Source: an uncultured Thermomicrobiales bacterium (GTDB lineage Bacteria; Chloroflexota; Chloroflexia; Thermomicrobiales; CFX8). Taken from it: a DNA stretch of 64,000 nt. The notes beneath the pieces were generated by a model. The model was not told the origin of the DNA. It did no database searches and saw nothing but the letters and a program-made list of their open reading frames with translations. A program made the translations under genes and the position numbers. Location of the stretch: assembly GCA_964577155.1 (NCBI GenBank), contig CAZNYB010000005.1, forward strand, positions 1,429 to 65,428. Reading direction: 5' to 3'. This document shows, in pieces, positions 38,169-46,223 of the stretch (position 1 is the first letter of the stretch; every line of letters begins with the position of its first letter).

Positions 38169-38203
38169 CCAGGATTGATGGGAGGTTTTCTCGTCAATCC
38201 TGG
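38169..38203 (-). terminator. 10-bp perfect stem-loop immediately after the lplA-like stop
   Basis: CCAGGATTGA (38169-38178) pairs with TCAATCCTGG (38194-38203), 15-nt loop. No U-tract follows on the minus strand. Confidence 0.35.
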
Positions 38204-38206
38204 AAG

Positions 38207-39013
38207 TTACGGAAGAACATACGTCCATTCGTCGTTCGTAAACTTTTTCTCGACCAACTCTTCAGCCATTCCGGTTTCCTCCGGGGTGAGCGATCCGGGA
38301 AGCGCGCCGGTCCGAACCGAGAAGTTTTCGACTAGCCGGTCGATGATCGCCTGCCGGGAAAGATCGGTTTGCTGCCGGAGTGGGCCAACCCGCTTGTCGG
38401 CACTGCGAATACCTTTGTCGCTGAGCTTCTCTTCGCCAATGCGCAGCACCTGTGTCAGCAACCCATCAGTCATGTCATATGCCATGGTTGTGTGGTGCAG
38501 TATTGCTTTGTACCGGCGAGCCTGGGCTGCCCCGCCAATTTTCCCTCCGGAAGATGTAATGTCGTTGAGCGGTTCATACCAGGCATCGATGCCGAGTTCG
38601 CGCAGCGTGTCTATTGCCCAGTTGTCGAAAAACGCATATGACTCCGGGAAGGACAGATCGTCGACAAAGTCCGGCGGGGTATAGATAGACCAGGTGATCG
38701 CGCTCTCTGGCTCAATCAGCATCGCGCCTCCGCCGCTCATGCGCCGGACGACCTGAATATCTAGCTGAGCTGCCCGCTCGATATGGATCTCGTTTTGCAC
38801 CGACTGAAATCTGCCAATCACGATGCACGGTTTAGACCAACCCCAGATTCGCAATGTTGGTCCGCGCCGTCCAGCGCCAACAAGCATTGTCAGGATCTCA
38901 TCGAGAGCCAGGTTCATGGCGGGATCCTGGGGAATTTGTGGAATGATCTCCCACTCCAGGTTTCGCCAGCGTGTTTCAGCGCTCGCCGGAAACAGTAGCG
39001 GGTGTTCACTCAT
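38207..39013 (-). CDS. lplA: Lipoate-protein ligase catalytic domain protein (LplA-type, lacking C-terminal domain)
   Basis: BPL/LplA/LipB fold motifs RRMSGGGAMLIEP and GGKIGGAAQARRYKAILHHTTMAYD (catalytic Lys). 268 aa, with no accessory C-terminal domain. Confidence 0.8.
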   Translation of the reverse strand: MSEHPLLFPASAETRWRNLEWEIIPQIPQDPAMNLALDEILTMLVGAGRRGPTLRIWGWSKPCIVIGRFQSVQNEIHIERAAQLDIQVVRRMSGGGAMLIEPESAITWSIYTPPDFVDDLSFPESYAFFDNWAIDTLRELGIDAWYEPLNDITSSGGKIGGAAQARRYKAILHHTTMAYDMTDGLLTQVLRIGEEKLSDKGIRSADKRVGPLRQQTDLSRQAIIDRLVENFSVRTGALPGSLTPEETGMAEELVEKKFTNDEWTYVLP

Positions 39014-39290
39014 AGCTTGCTACTCCACGTCTCACTGCGATCGCGATTGCTTCAGGAGAAAAACCAACCAGCGATACTCCCGGTTCAATGGCTTGAACGA
39101 CAGCGGCGACAATCTCCTGCTCCGTTGATCGTAGGGGCAACCCATCCAGCGCAGCTCGTATCGGCTCGATCGCCTCATCCGGATACAGGAAAAAATCACC
39201 CGAGATCAGTACGTTTGTCAATTTTTCATCCTGTACGTCAAAGTCAACAGCAACAAGCTTTCCTCCCGGGGTCTTGTATTCTCCATGCAT
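39006..39290 (-). CDS. Stand-alone lipoate-protein-ligase C-terminal (accessory) domain protein, LplB-like
   Basis: 94 aa. GKLVAVDFDVQDEKLTNVLISGDFFLYPDEAIEPIRAALDGLPL matches the GDFF-containing LplA C-terminal domain pattern. Overlaps the catalytic gene by 8 nt. Confidence 0.65.
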   Translation of the reverse strand: MHGEYKTPGGKLVAVDFDVQDEKLTNVLISGDFFLYPDEAIEPIRAALDGLPLRSTEQEIVAAVVQAIEPGVSLVGFSPEAIAIAVRRGVASYE

Positions 39291-39509
39291 GATTCCGATA
39301 ACCAGTTTCGTTCATTTTTCAAGGGCGGCCATCTAGACAGCTTGCCTTCACCGGTAATAGTAGCAAGCCGGTAAACATACTCTTAAAAGTCCGCCTTCCC
39401 GGGTACTATTCCGCTCGGCGATTCCGGCTTCGTATTGCCGGCATGAGAACCTACGCACGTTGGATACGCGGTAAGATGCACCTCCATAAGCTGATCGATA
39501 GCATGAGGG

Positions 39510-41855
39510 GTGTTAATGGTGAGCATGAAACTGAATATCAACGGAGCGGATCTTCAGGCTGCCGTTCCAAAACTTGACGGCACGCTAACTGTTTCCGGAA
39601 TTGAAAACGAAATCATGATCTGGAGAGACGGCCATGGCATTCCGCACGTAAAAGCCCGGACAACAGCTGACGCGTTCTTCGGGCAAGGGTTCGTACACGC
39701 ACAGGATCGGCTCTGGCAGATGGAGTTCGACCGCCGAAGAGCGACAGGTCGCTGGTCCGAAGTCGTCGGGACAAGCGGTGTCCTGCTTGACACGTTCGTC
39801 CGCCGGGTCGGGATTACCCGGAGCGCACAGCTGGATTATGAACACGTTGACGACGAAACTCGCGCAATGGTCGACGCCTATACAGCAGGCATTAACGCGT
39901 TTATCACTTCAACTGACCGGTTGCCGATCGAATACACCATCACCGGCATCGAACCAGAACCCTGGGAAGCATGGCAATCCAGTGCCGTGTACAAAGTCCG
40001 TCACATCTTCATGGGAACCGGGCTTGGCAAACTCCTTCGGGCCCGCATTCTCAATGCTCAGGGTCCTGAGCTTGCCTCAAAGTTCCGATCCGAAGGTCTT
40101 GGCGATGAAATCCTGATCGTGCCGCCCGGCGAACAATATGCCAGCGCACTGGTTGACCTTTGTCAGCTTGATCCCGGCCAGGAGGCTATTACCCGGCTTT
40201 CCGAGTTCGATTCTGGCAGCAACAACTGGGCGCTCGACGGTAGCCGGACGGCTTCCGGGAAACCGCTCGTAGCTGGCGACCCTCACCGGGCGCTAGATGT
40301 GCCGAATGTCTACTACCAGAATCACGTCGCTTGCCCGGAGTTTGATGTCGTTGGCTATTCATTCTGCGGCGTTCCCGGGTTCCCACACTTCGGGCACAAT
40401 GAAAGCGTCGCATGGTGCATCACCCATGCTGCGGCGGACTACCAGGATCTCTATGTTGAGCATTTCAACCCTGACAACTCCAATCAGTACGAGTACATGA
40501 ACGCCTGGCTTGAGACAGAGCGGCACACTGAAACGATTGAAGTCCGGGACGCTGATCCAGTTGAGATCGATGTTTCCGTCACCCGGAATGGTCCGGTTGT
40601 CATCGGTTCGCCTGACGACGAGTACGCAATCTCGTTCCGGTACAGCGCACTGGTTGAGCCAGTCACCGGATTTCGATCGTTGCACACTATGTTGACGACC
40701 AGCAGCGTTGATGAGTTCGAAACCTCGATGAGAGACTGGGTAGATCCCTGTAACAATCTGATCACCGCAGATGTCCACGGAAATATCTCCTATCTCACCC
40801 GCGGTAAAGTTCCGATCCGCTCGATGGCAAATGCTTGGCTTCCGGTGCCAGGCTGGAGCGGGGAACATGACTGGCAAGGCTATATCCCGTTTGAAGAGAT
40901 GCCACGCTCACGCAATCCGGAGACTGGCTGGCTCGTCACCGCCAACAATCGGATCGTAGGCCGTGACTACCCGCACTATCTCGCGCTGGATTTCGCGCCG
41001 CCTAGCCGGGCGCAGCGCATCATCACACGAATCGAAGAAATCGGCGATCAGGCAGTAGTCGACGATATGCAGTCAATTCATGGTGACCGGCTATCCCTGG
41101 TCAGCCCGATTTACATTCGCTGTCTCGAAAACAGTGAGTCATCCGATCCGCGAACGTCTGAGGCGCTCGACCGCTTGCGCGCGTGGGACGGGGTCATGGA
41201 TAAGTCTTCGGTTGCAGCCGCGATCTATATCGTTATGCGAGATCAGATCTGCCGGATTGTCGCCGAAAGCCCGGCGTTGTCACCGATCATCACAAATCCC
41301 TTTGCCGCTAGTGAGCCGCCGGGGGTCGGACCAGGATTTTACCTCTGGTTTATGTTGACGGATTTCGTTCGGAGAGATGACACGAGCATCCTGGCAACTG
41401 GCGAATCCTGGCAATCGATAGCTGAGCAGGCGCTTGGCAGGGCCGTCAGCTGGCTGAGTTCAAACTACGGCGACGATATTGATGGCTGGCGCTGGGAGGT
41501 CATTCACCGGACGAATCCGATACACACCCTTGCATTGGCAGAACCTTCGCTCGGAGAACTGCTCAACCCGCCGAGGATCGCGCTCGGAGGCGACGCCGAC
41601 ACGCCGCAGGCATCCGGTATCAATCCGTTGCTGAACTACAACGTCGCCGGTACATCCGTCACCCGCTATATCTTTGACCTGGACGACTGGTCCAAGAGTC
41701 GTTGGATTGTCCCGTTTGGTTGCTCCGGTCACCCGGGCAGCCCACATCATGAAGATCAGATGGAGCGCTGGTCCGATGTCGATTCGATCCCGATGCTCTA
41801 TGACTGGCAGCAGATCGAACAACAAGCGACGGCGGTTCAGCGGTTGTTGCCGTAA
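39510..41855 (+). CDS. Penicillin acylase family protein (Ntn hydrolase, peptidase S45)
   Basis: IWRDGHGIPHVKA..DAFFGQGFVHAQDRLWQME alpha-subunit signature. SGSNNWAL (nucleophile Ser after the spacer) begins the beta subunit. ~780 aa. ATG 39516 or 39525 are possible starts. Confidence 0.85.
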   Translation: MLMVSMKLNINGADLQAAVPKLDGTLTVSGIENEIMIWRDGHGIPHVKARTTADAFFGQGFVHAQDRLWQMEFDRRRATGRWSEVVGTSGVLLDTFVRRVGITRSAQLDYEHVDDETRAMVDAYTAGINAFITSTDRLPIEYTITGIEPEPWEAWQSSAVYKVRHIFMGTGLGKLLRARILNAQGPELASKFRSEGLGDEILIVPPGEQYASALVDLCQLDPGQEAITRLSEFDSGSNNWALDGSRTASGKPLVAGDPHRALDVPNVYYQNHVACPEFDVVGYSFCGVPGFPHFGHNESVAWCITHAAADYQDLYVEHFNPDNSNQYEYMNAWLETERHTETIEVRDADPVEIDVSVTRNGPVVIGSPDDEYAISFRYSALVEPVTGFRSLHTMLTTSSVDEFETSMRDWVDPCNNLITADVHGNISYLTRGKVPIRSMANAWLPVPGWSGEHDWQGYIPFEEMPRSRNPETGWLVTANNRIVGRDYPHYLALDFAPPSRAQRIITRIEEIGDQAVVDDMQSIHGDRLSLVSPIYIRCLENSESSDPRTSEALDRLRAWDGVMDKSSVAAAIYIVMRDQICRIVAESPALSPIITNPFAASEPPGVGPGFYLWFMLTDFVRRDDTSILATGESWQSIAEQALGRAVSWLSSNYGDDIDGWRWEVIHRTNPIHTLALAEPSLGELLNPPRIALGGDADTPQASGINPLLNYNVAGTSVTRYIFDLDDWSKSRWIVPFGCSGHPGSPHHEDQMERWSDVDSIPMLYDWQQIEQQATAVQRLLP

Positions 41856-41875
41856 AAACGCCCCTCACCACTCGA

Positions 41876-41906
41876 TCTCCTCTCCCCGGCTTCGTGGGAG
41901 AGGAGA
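41876..41906. terminator. Hairpin 1 in convergent intergenic region (11-bp perfect stem)
   Basis: TCTCCTCTCCC (41876-41886) pairs with GGGAGAGGAGA (41896-41906), 9-nt loop. Lies 21 nt after the acylase stop. Confidence 0.4.
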
Positions 41907-41941
41907 AGTGGGAAAATGCCTTCCCGTCGAATGCGTGCTTT

Positions 41942-41980
41942 CTTCCTCCCCTCTCCCTGGAAAAGGGAGAGGGGAGGAGG
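41942..41980. terminator. Hairpin 2 in convergent intergenic region (13-16-bp stem)
   Basis: CCTCCCCTCTCCC (41945-41957) pairs with GGGAGAGGGGAGG (41965-41977), 7-nt loop. Lies 19 nt beyond the trpS stop. Confidence 0.4.
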
Positions 41981-41998
41981 TAAGGGTCGATTCTGTCC

Positions 41999-43039
41999 CT
42001 ATGAAAAACTCATTCCAGTCACTTCACGAACCTCAGTCATCTTCGGCGTTGCATACTCTCGCGCCCGTTCGGTTCCCCGATCCAGAATGCTGGTTAGCTC
42101 ATCGGGGTCTTTCAGGTATTCGTCGATCGCGAGCCGGATCGGCGTGAGGTGATCGATGATCGCATCGGCGAGGGCATTTTTGAAATCCCCGTAGCCTTTG
42201 CCTTCAAATTCGACCTCAAGGTCCGCAATCGGCCTGTCCGTCACCTGTGAGAAGATCGTTAGCAGATTCGTCATCGCCGGTTTATCGTCCCGGGCGACGA
42301 TTTCAGAACCTGAATCGGTCACTGCCCGGCGGATTTTTCGGCGAATCGTATCGGGATCGTCATTCAACCCGATGAAGCTCGGTTCTCGCTGGGAGCTCTT
42401 GCTCATTTTGCTGGTTGGATCATCCAGACTCATGATCCGAGCACCCTCTTCCTTGATGTCCGCCTTCGGGATGACGAAAGTGTCTCCAAAGGTTGAGTTG
42501 AAACGCTGCCCGACATCCCTGGCAAGTTCGACATGCTGCCGCTGATCTTCTCCAACCGGAACGAGATCGGTGTCATAGAGCAATATGTCAGCCGCCATCA
42601 GTACCGGGTAGAAGAACAATCCCGCGCCGATGCGCTCGTCGGTTTTACCCTGTGACCGGTCTTTGAACTGGGTCATCCTGCTCAGCTCGCCAAACATCGT
42701 CTGGGTCGCAAGCACCCAGGTGAGCTCGGTATGCTCCGGCACTTCCGACTGAGCGAATATAATGGCTAGCTCAGGGTCGAGACCGCAGGCGAGCAGGGAA
42801 GCGCCAAGATCCAGCGTACGCTGACGCAGATCCGCCGGCTCATACGGCAGAGTCATGGCATGCAGGTTGACGATGGCGTGAACACTGACCGCTTCGTGTT
42901 GCTGGATGACCCAGTGCCGGATCGCGCCCAGATAATTGCCGATATGGGGAATCCCGCTCGGCTGAATCCCTGAAAAAATTCTCGGTTTTGTCTTACCATC
43001 GGCCAGCGAACTGGCGTCCGGCATCGTCTCTGTTACCAT
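41999..43039 (-). CDS. trpS: Tryptophan--tRNA ligase
   Basis: Class I HIGH variant (GIPHIGNYLGA) and KMSKS motifs, ~346 aa. Strong AAGGAGGTG Shine-Dalgarno 7 nt upstream of the ATG. Confidence 0.95.
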   Translation of the reverse strand: MVTETMPDASSLADGKTKPRIFSGIQPSGIPHIGNYLGAIRHWVIQQHEAVSVHAIVNLHAMTLPYEPADLRQRTLDLGASLLACGLDPELAIIFAQSEVPEHTELTWVLATQTMFGELSRMTQFKDRSQGKTDERIGAGLFFYPVLMAADILLYDTDLVPVGEDQRQHVELARDVGQRFNSTFGDTFVIPKADIKEEGARIMSLDDPTSKMSKSSQREPSFIGLNDDPDTIRRKIRRAVTDSGSEIVARDDKPAMTNLLTIFSQVTDRPIADLEVEFEGKGYGDFKNALADAIIDHLTPIRLAIDEYLKDPDELTSILDRGTERAREYATPKMTEVREVTGMSFS

Positions 43040-43376
43040 CTCTGTTCACCTCCTTGTAAACAACTGCTCATCAAACGCTGGCAACAAAAAAGCTTCATCC
43101 CAACCGGGACGAAGCTCGATAAAAGCCCGTGGTGCCACCCAGATTAGCCGCCAGTGGCGACTCACTCTGTGCATAAACATACGAGGATGTACATGCCGCT
43201 CCTGATAACGGCGGAGCGTTCCGGCGTCGCCTACTTGATCATCTCGATGTTTCGGAACGCGGCTCCTGGATCCACCCCGTGCTTATCAACGCGCTGACTT
43301 CACAGCTACCGTCAGCTCTCTTTGCGCCGTAACCGGCACAGGCTCTTCCAATCAACGCCAAATCGTGACGTCTGTT
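43040..43376 (-). promoter_or_regulatory. T-box riboswitch leader (tRNA-Trp responsive) of trpS
   Basis: All read on the minus strand. T-box core AATCTGGGTGGCACCACGGGC (43126-43146), then terminator GCTTCGTCCC-GGTT-GGGATGAAGC plus TTTTTT (43086-43115). Stem I elements are present upstream: GCGTTGATTGGAAGAG, AGAGAG bulge, GTGAAG distal loop. A UGG followed by A (43271-43274) sits at a plausible specifier position. Confidence 0.8.
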
Positions 43377-43382
43377 GCCCAT

Positions 43383-43411
43383 ATACTAGCGATACGTCGC
43401 CCTACTGTCAA
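43383..43411 (-). promoter_or_regulatory. Near-consensus sigma70-type promoter for the T-box/trpS transcript
   Basis: Minus strand TTGACA (43406-43411), 17-nt spacer, TAGTAT (43383-43388). Confidence 0.55.
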
Positions 43412-43427
43412 ACGTCAAAATAAATTG

Positions 43428-46037
43428 TCAGGAGAACAACATCCAGCTTACGCCAACGGCCAGAGCGAGTGTCGCGATACCTGCCAGATATCCGGCTTCA
43501 GCGAGCCGGACTCGCACCGGCGGGTGAGAAATTTCCTCGGCGCTCTCCGGCACGTGAAACTTCCGTAATCGGAGAGAATTGGTGACAACGCTCACACTCG
43601 ACAGCGCCATCGCGCCGGCCGCCAGCGCCGGGTTGAGCAGCGTGCCGGTAATCGGGTACAGAATTCCGGCGGCAACCGGGATCAGCGCGACGTTGTAGCC
43701 GAATGCCCAGAAGAGATTCTGTTTGATGGTTTGGACTGTTCTGCGTGACAAGCCAATCGCGGTGACAACACCGCGCAGGTCGCCACTCATCAGGGTGATG
43801 TCGCTGGCTTCCATGGCAACATCGGTTCCAGTGCCAATGGCAATACCCAGATTAGCCTGCGCTAACGCCGGCGCATCATTGATCCCGTCACCGACCATCG
43901 CGACTGCATAGCCTTGCTCCTGCAGCTCACGAACTTTGGACGCCTTCTCTCCCGGCAACACTTCAGCCAGGACGTTCGCCGCTGGAATACCGACCTGCTT
44001 TGCGACGGCAAGCGCCGTCGCACGGTTGTCACCGGTCAACATCCAGACATCCAGCTCAAGCGCCTGCAACTGCTGAATAGCGTCGATTGATTCTTCTTTC
44101 ACCGGATCGGCGATCGCGATGAGACCGGCCGCCTGGCCATCAATCGACATGTAGACCGGTGTTTTACCGGACGACGCAAAGGTTGCCGCCTGGCGTTCCA
44201 GATCGCCAACCCGCACCGAAGACGCCTGCATCAATTTCAGGTTGCCAATCAGGACGGTGTATCCATCGACGGTACTGCTGATGCCATGTCCGGCTGTCGC
44301 TTCAAATGCTGTTGCGGAGGATAGCTCCAGCCCTTGCGAACGGGCACGTTCGACAATCGCTTCGCCAAGTGGGTGTTCGGAACCCACTTCCGCCGAGGCG
44401 GCCATGCGAAGGAGATCATCTTCGCTGAAGCCAGGCGAAGAGACGATATCGGTTACGGCCGGCTGTCCTTTTGTTATTGTGCCGGTCTTGTCCAGAACAA
44501 TCGCTCGGACTTTGTGTGCCTGTTCTAACGACTCACCGCCGCGAATCAGCACGCCTTTCTCAGCGCCCTGACCGGTTCCAACCATAATGGCTGTTGGAGT
44601 TGCCAGACCCATCGCGCAGGGGCAGGCCACGATCAGGACGGCAATGGTCGCCTTCAGCGCGAAGTTGAACTCTGGTTCCGGACCGAGCAGCATCCACCCG
44701 GCAAAGGTGATGAGCGCCACCACGATGACGGCTGGGACGAAGTAGAGCGCGATCTGATCGGCCATTCGCTGGATAGGCGCTTTTGAGCCCTGGGCTTCCT
44801 GAACCATCCGAATGATCTGCGACAGCGCGGTATCTTTACCGACTTTGGTCGCCCGAAAGGTGAACGATCCTGTTTTATTGATCGTTGCCCCGATGACCTC
44901 GTCGCCCTGTTCTTTTGTCACCGGCAGGCTTTCCCCGGTCAGCATACTCTCGTCGATCGTTGAACGGCCTTCCAGCACGATCCCATCAACGGGCACACGC
45001 TCACCCGGCCGGACACGGACGGTGTCCCCGGTGACTACCTGTTCGACCGGCAGATCTTTTTCCGTGCCGCTGCGGATCACCCGGGCGGTTTTTGGCGTCA
45101 TTCCCATCAGCTTCTTGATTGCGCCGCCCGTCTGGAGTTTGGCCCGTAGTTCGAGCCACCGACCAAACAGGATCAGGCCCATGATGATGGCTGCGCCGTC
45201 ATAGTAGACCTCAGGCTCAATTCCGGTCTGGGTGACGACGGACGGGAAGAAGGTCACCAGAACGCTGTAGCCGTAGGCGGCGGTAGTGCCAAGCACCACA
45301 AGTGTCGCCATATTCGCCTGCAAATGTTTTCCGGCTGCCCAGGCTTGCCGGTAGAAGACCTGACCTGCCCAGAACTGGATCGGCGTCGCGATGATAAAGA
45401 GGATGTAAAACAGCTGCTGGTGCGTGTTGTACGGTTTGATGGCGTCCAGCCAGGAGGGCCACCACATCAGTAACATCATGATGGCGGCCGCGCTGATCGA
45501 GACGATCGATTTGATCTTCAGATCGCGCATTTCTGCCAGGTGACGAGTTGTCAGCGCATCCGCCTCATCGCTGAGGGACTGCTCACTACTGTGAACGCTG
45601 GCGCTATATCCTGCGCTCTCGACGGCGGTAATGAGGTCGGCAACACTTGCCTGAGCAGGATCAAAACGAACGGTCGCCTGCTCGGTCGCAAGATTGACCG
45701 GCGCGCTTTCAACTCCTGGAGTTTTCTGGAGTTTGCGCTCAACCCGCTGAACACAGGAAGCACAGAACATCCCGTCAATATCCAGAGTTATCTCTGACGC
45801 TGGCACACTGTAACCAGCGCTTTCAACCGCATCGTGCAAATGAGCGATTGTCGCTGTGTCAGGTTCATAGCTCACGGTCGCCTGTTCGGTCGCCAGGTTG
45901 ACATTTGCCGACTTGACACCAGGGACTTTCAGGAGTTTGCGCTCAACACGACTGACACAGGAAGCACAAAACATTCCCTCAACTGGGAATGAGATTTCAT
46001 TTGTCAGCGAATCGTTCCGGGGTTCGGTTACAGTCAT
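43428..46037 (-). CDS. copA: Copper-translocating P1B-type ATPase with two N-terminal HMA domains
   Basis: Two GMFCASCV CxxC metal-binding domains, CPC transmembrane motif, DKTGT phosphorylation site, [12 protein letters not shown]. Confidence 0.95.
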   Translation of the reverse strand: MTVTEPRNDSLTNEISFPVEGMFCASCVSRVERKLLKVPGVKSANVNLATEQATVSYEPDTATIAHLHDAVESAGYSVPASEITLDIDGMFCASCVQRVERKLQKTPGVESAPVNLATEQATVRFDPAQASVADLITAVESAGYSASVHSSEQSLSDEADALTTRHLAEMRDLKIKSIVSISAAAIMMLLMWWPSWLDAIKPYNTHQQLFYILFIIATPIQFWAGQVFYRQAWAAGKHLQANMATLVVLGTTAAYGYSVLVTFFPSVVTQTGIEPEVYYDGAAIIMGLILFGRWLELRAKLQTGGAIKKLMGMTPKTARVIRSGTEKDLPVEQVVTGDTVRVRPGERVPVDGIVLEGRSTIDESMLTGESLPVTKEQGDEVIGATINKTGSFTFRATKVGKDTALSQIIRMVQEAQGSKAPIQRMADQIALYFVPAVIVVALITFAGWMLLGPEPEFNFALKATIAVLIVACPCAMGLATPTAIMVGTGQGAEKGVLIRGGESLEQAHKVRAIVLDKTGTITKGQPAVTDIVSSPGFSEDDLLRMAASAEVGSEHPLGEAIVERARSQGLELSSATAFEATAGHGISSTVDGYTVLIGNLKLMQASSVRVGDLERQAATFASSGKTPVYMSIDGQAAGLIAIADPVKEESIDAIQQLQALELDVWMLTGDNRATALAVAKQVGIPAANVLAEVLPGEKASKVRELQEQGYAVAMVGDGINDAPALAQANLGIAIGTGTDVAMEASDITLMSGDLRGVVTAIGLSRRTVQTIKQNLFWAFGYNVALIPVAAGILYPITGTLLNPALAAGAMALSSVSVVTNSLRLRKFHVPESAEEISHPPVRVRLAEAGYLAGIATLALAVGVSWMLFS

Positions 46038-46106
46038 GTTATTGCTTCCATCACGAGTTGCGTCGTACAGCGCTCCTACACTCCCATCAATTGAGAGTAT
46101 ATCTAT

Positions 46107-46125
46107 TATACCCTATAGGGGTATA
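46107..46125. promoter_or_regulatory. CsoR-type pseudo-palindromic operator overlapping the copA -10 element
   Basis: TATACCC-TATA-GGGGTATA read directly. On the minus strand it overlaps TATAAT (46105-46110), ~70 nt upstream of the copA ATG. Confidence 0.5.
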
Positions 46126-46223
46126 TTTTGGCATTTTGCTATCGACAACGTAATTCTTGCCGGACTAGCATGTCCCGGCGTGTCTTTTTGACGATCAGAG
46201 TTCCCAACAGATTGGCATTCACG

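Noticed and set aside
46128-46223. 32-codon N-terminal extension of the BNR-repeat ORF (TTG 46128)
   Set aside because: It would start inside the CsoR-type operator and copA promoter, and its sequence is not signal-peptide-like. ATG 46224 is preferred, though ATG 46170 cannot be excluded.
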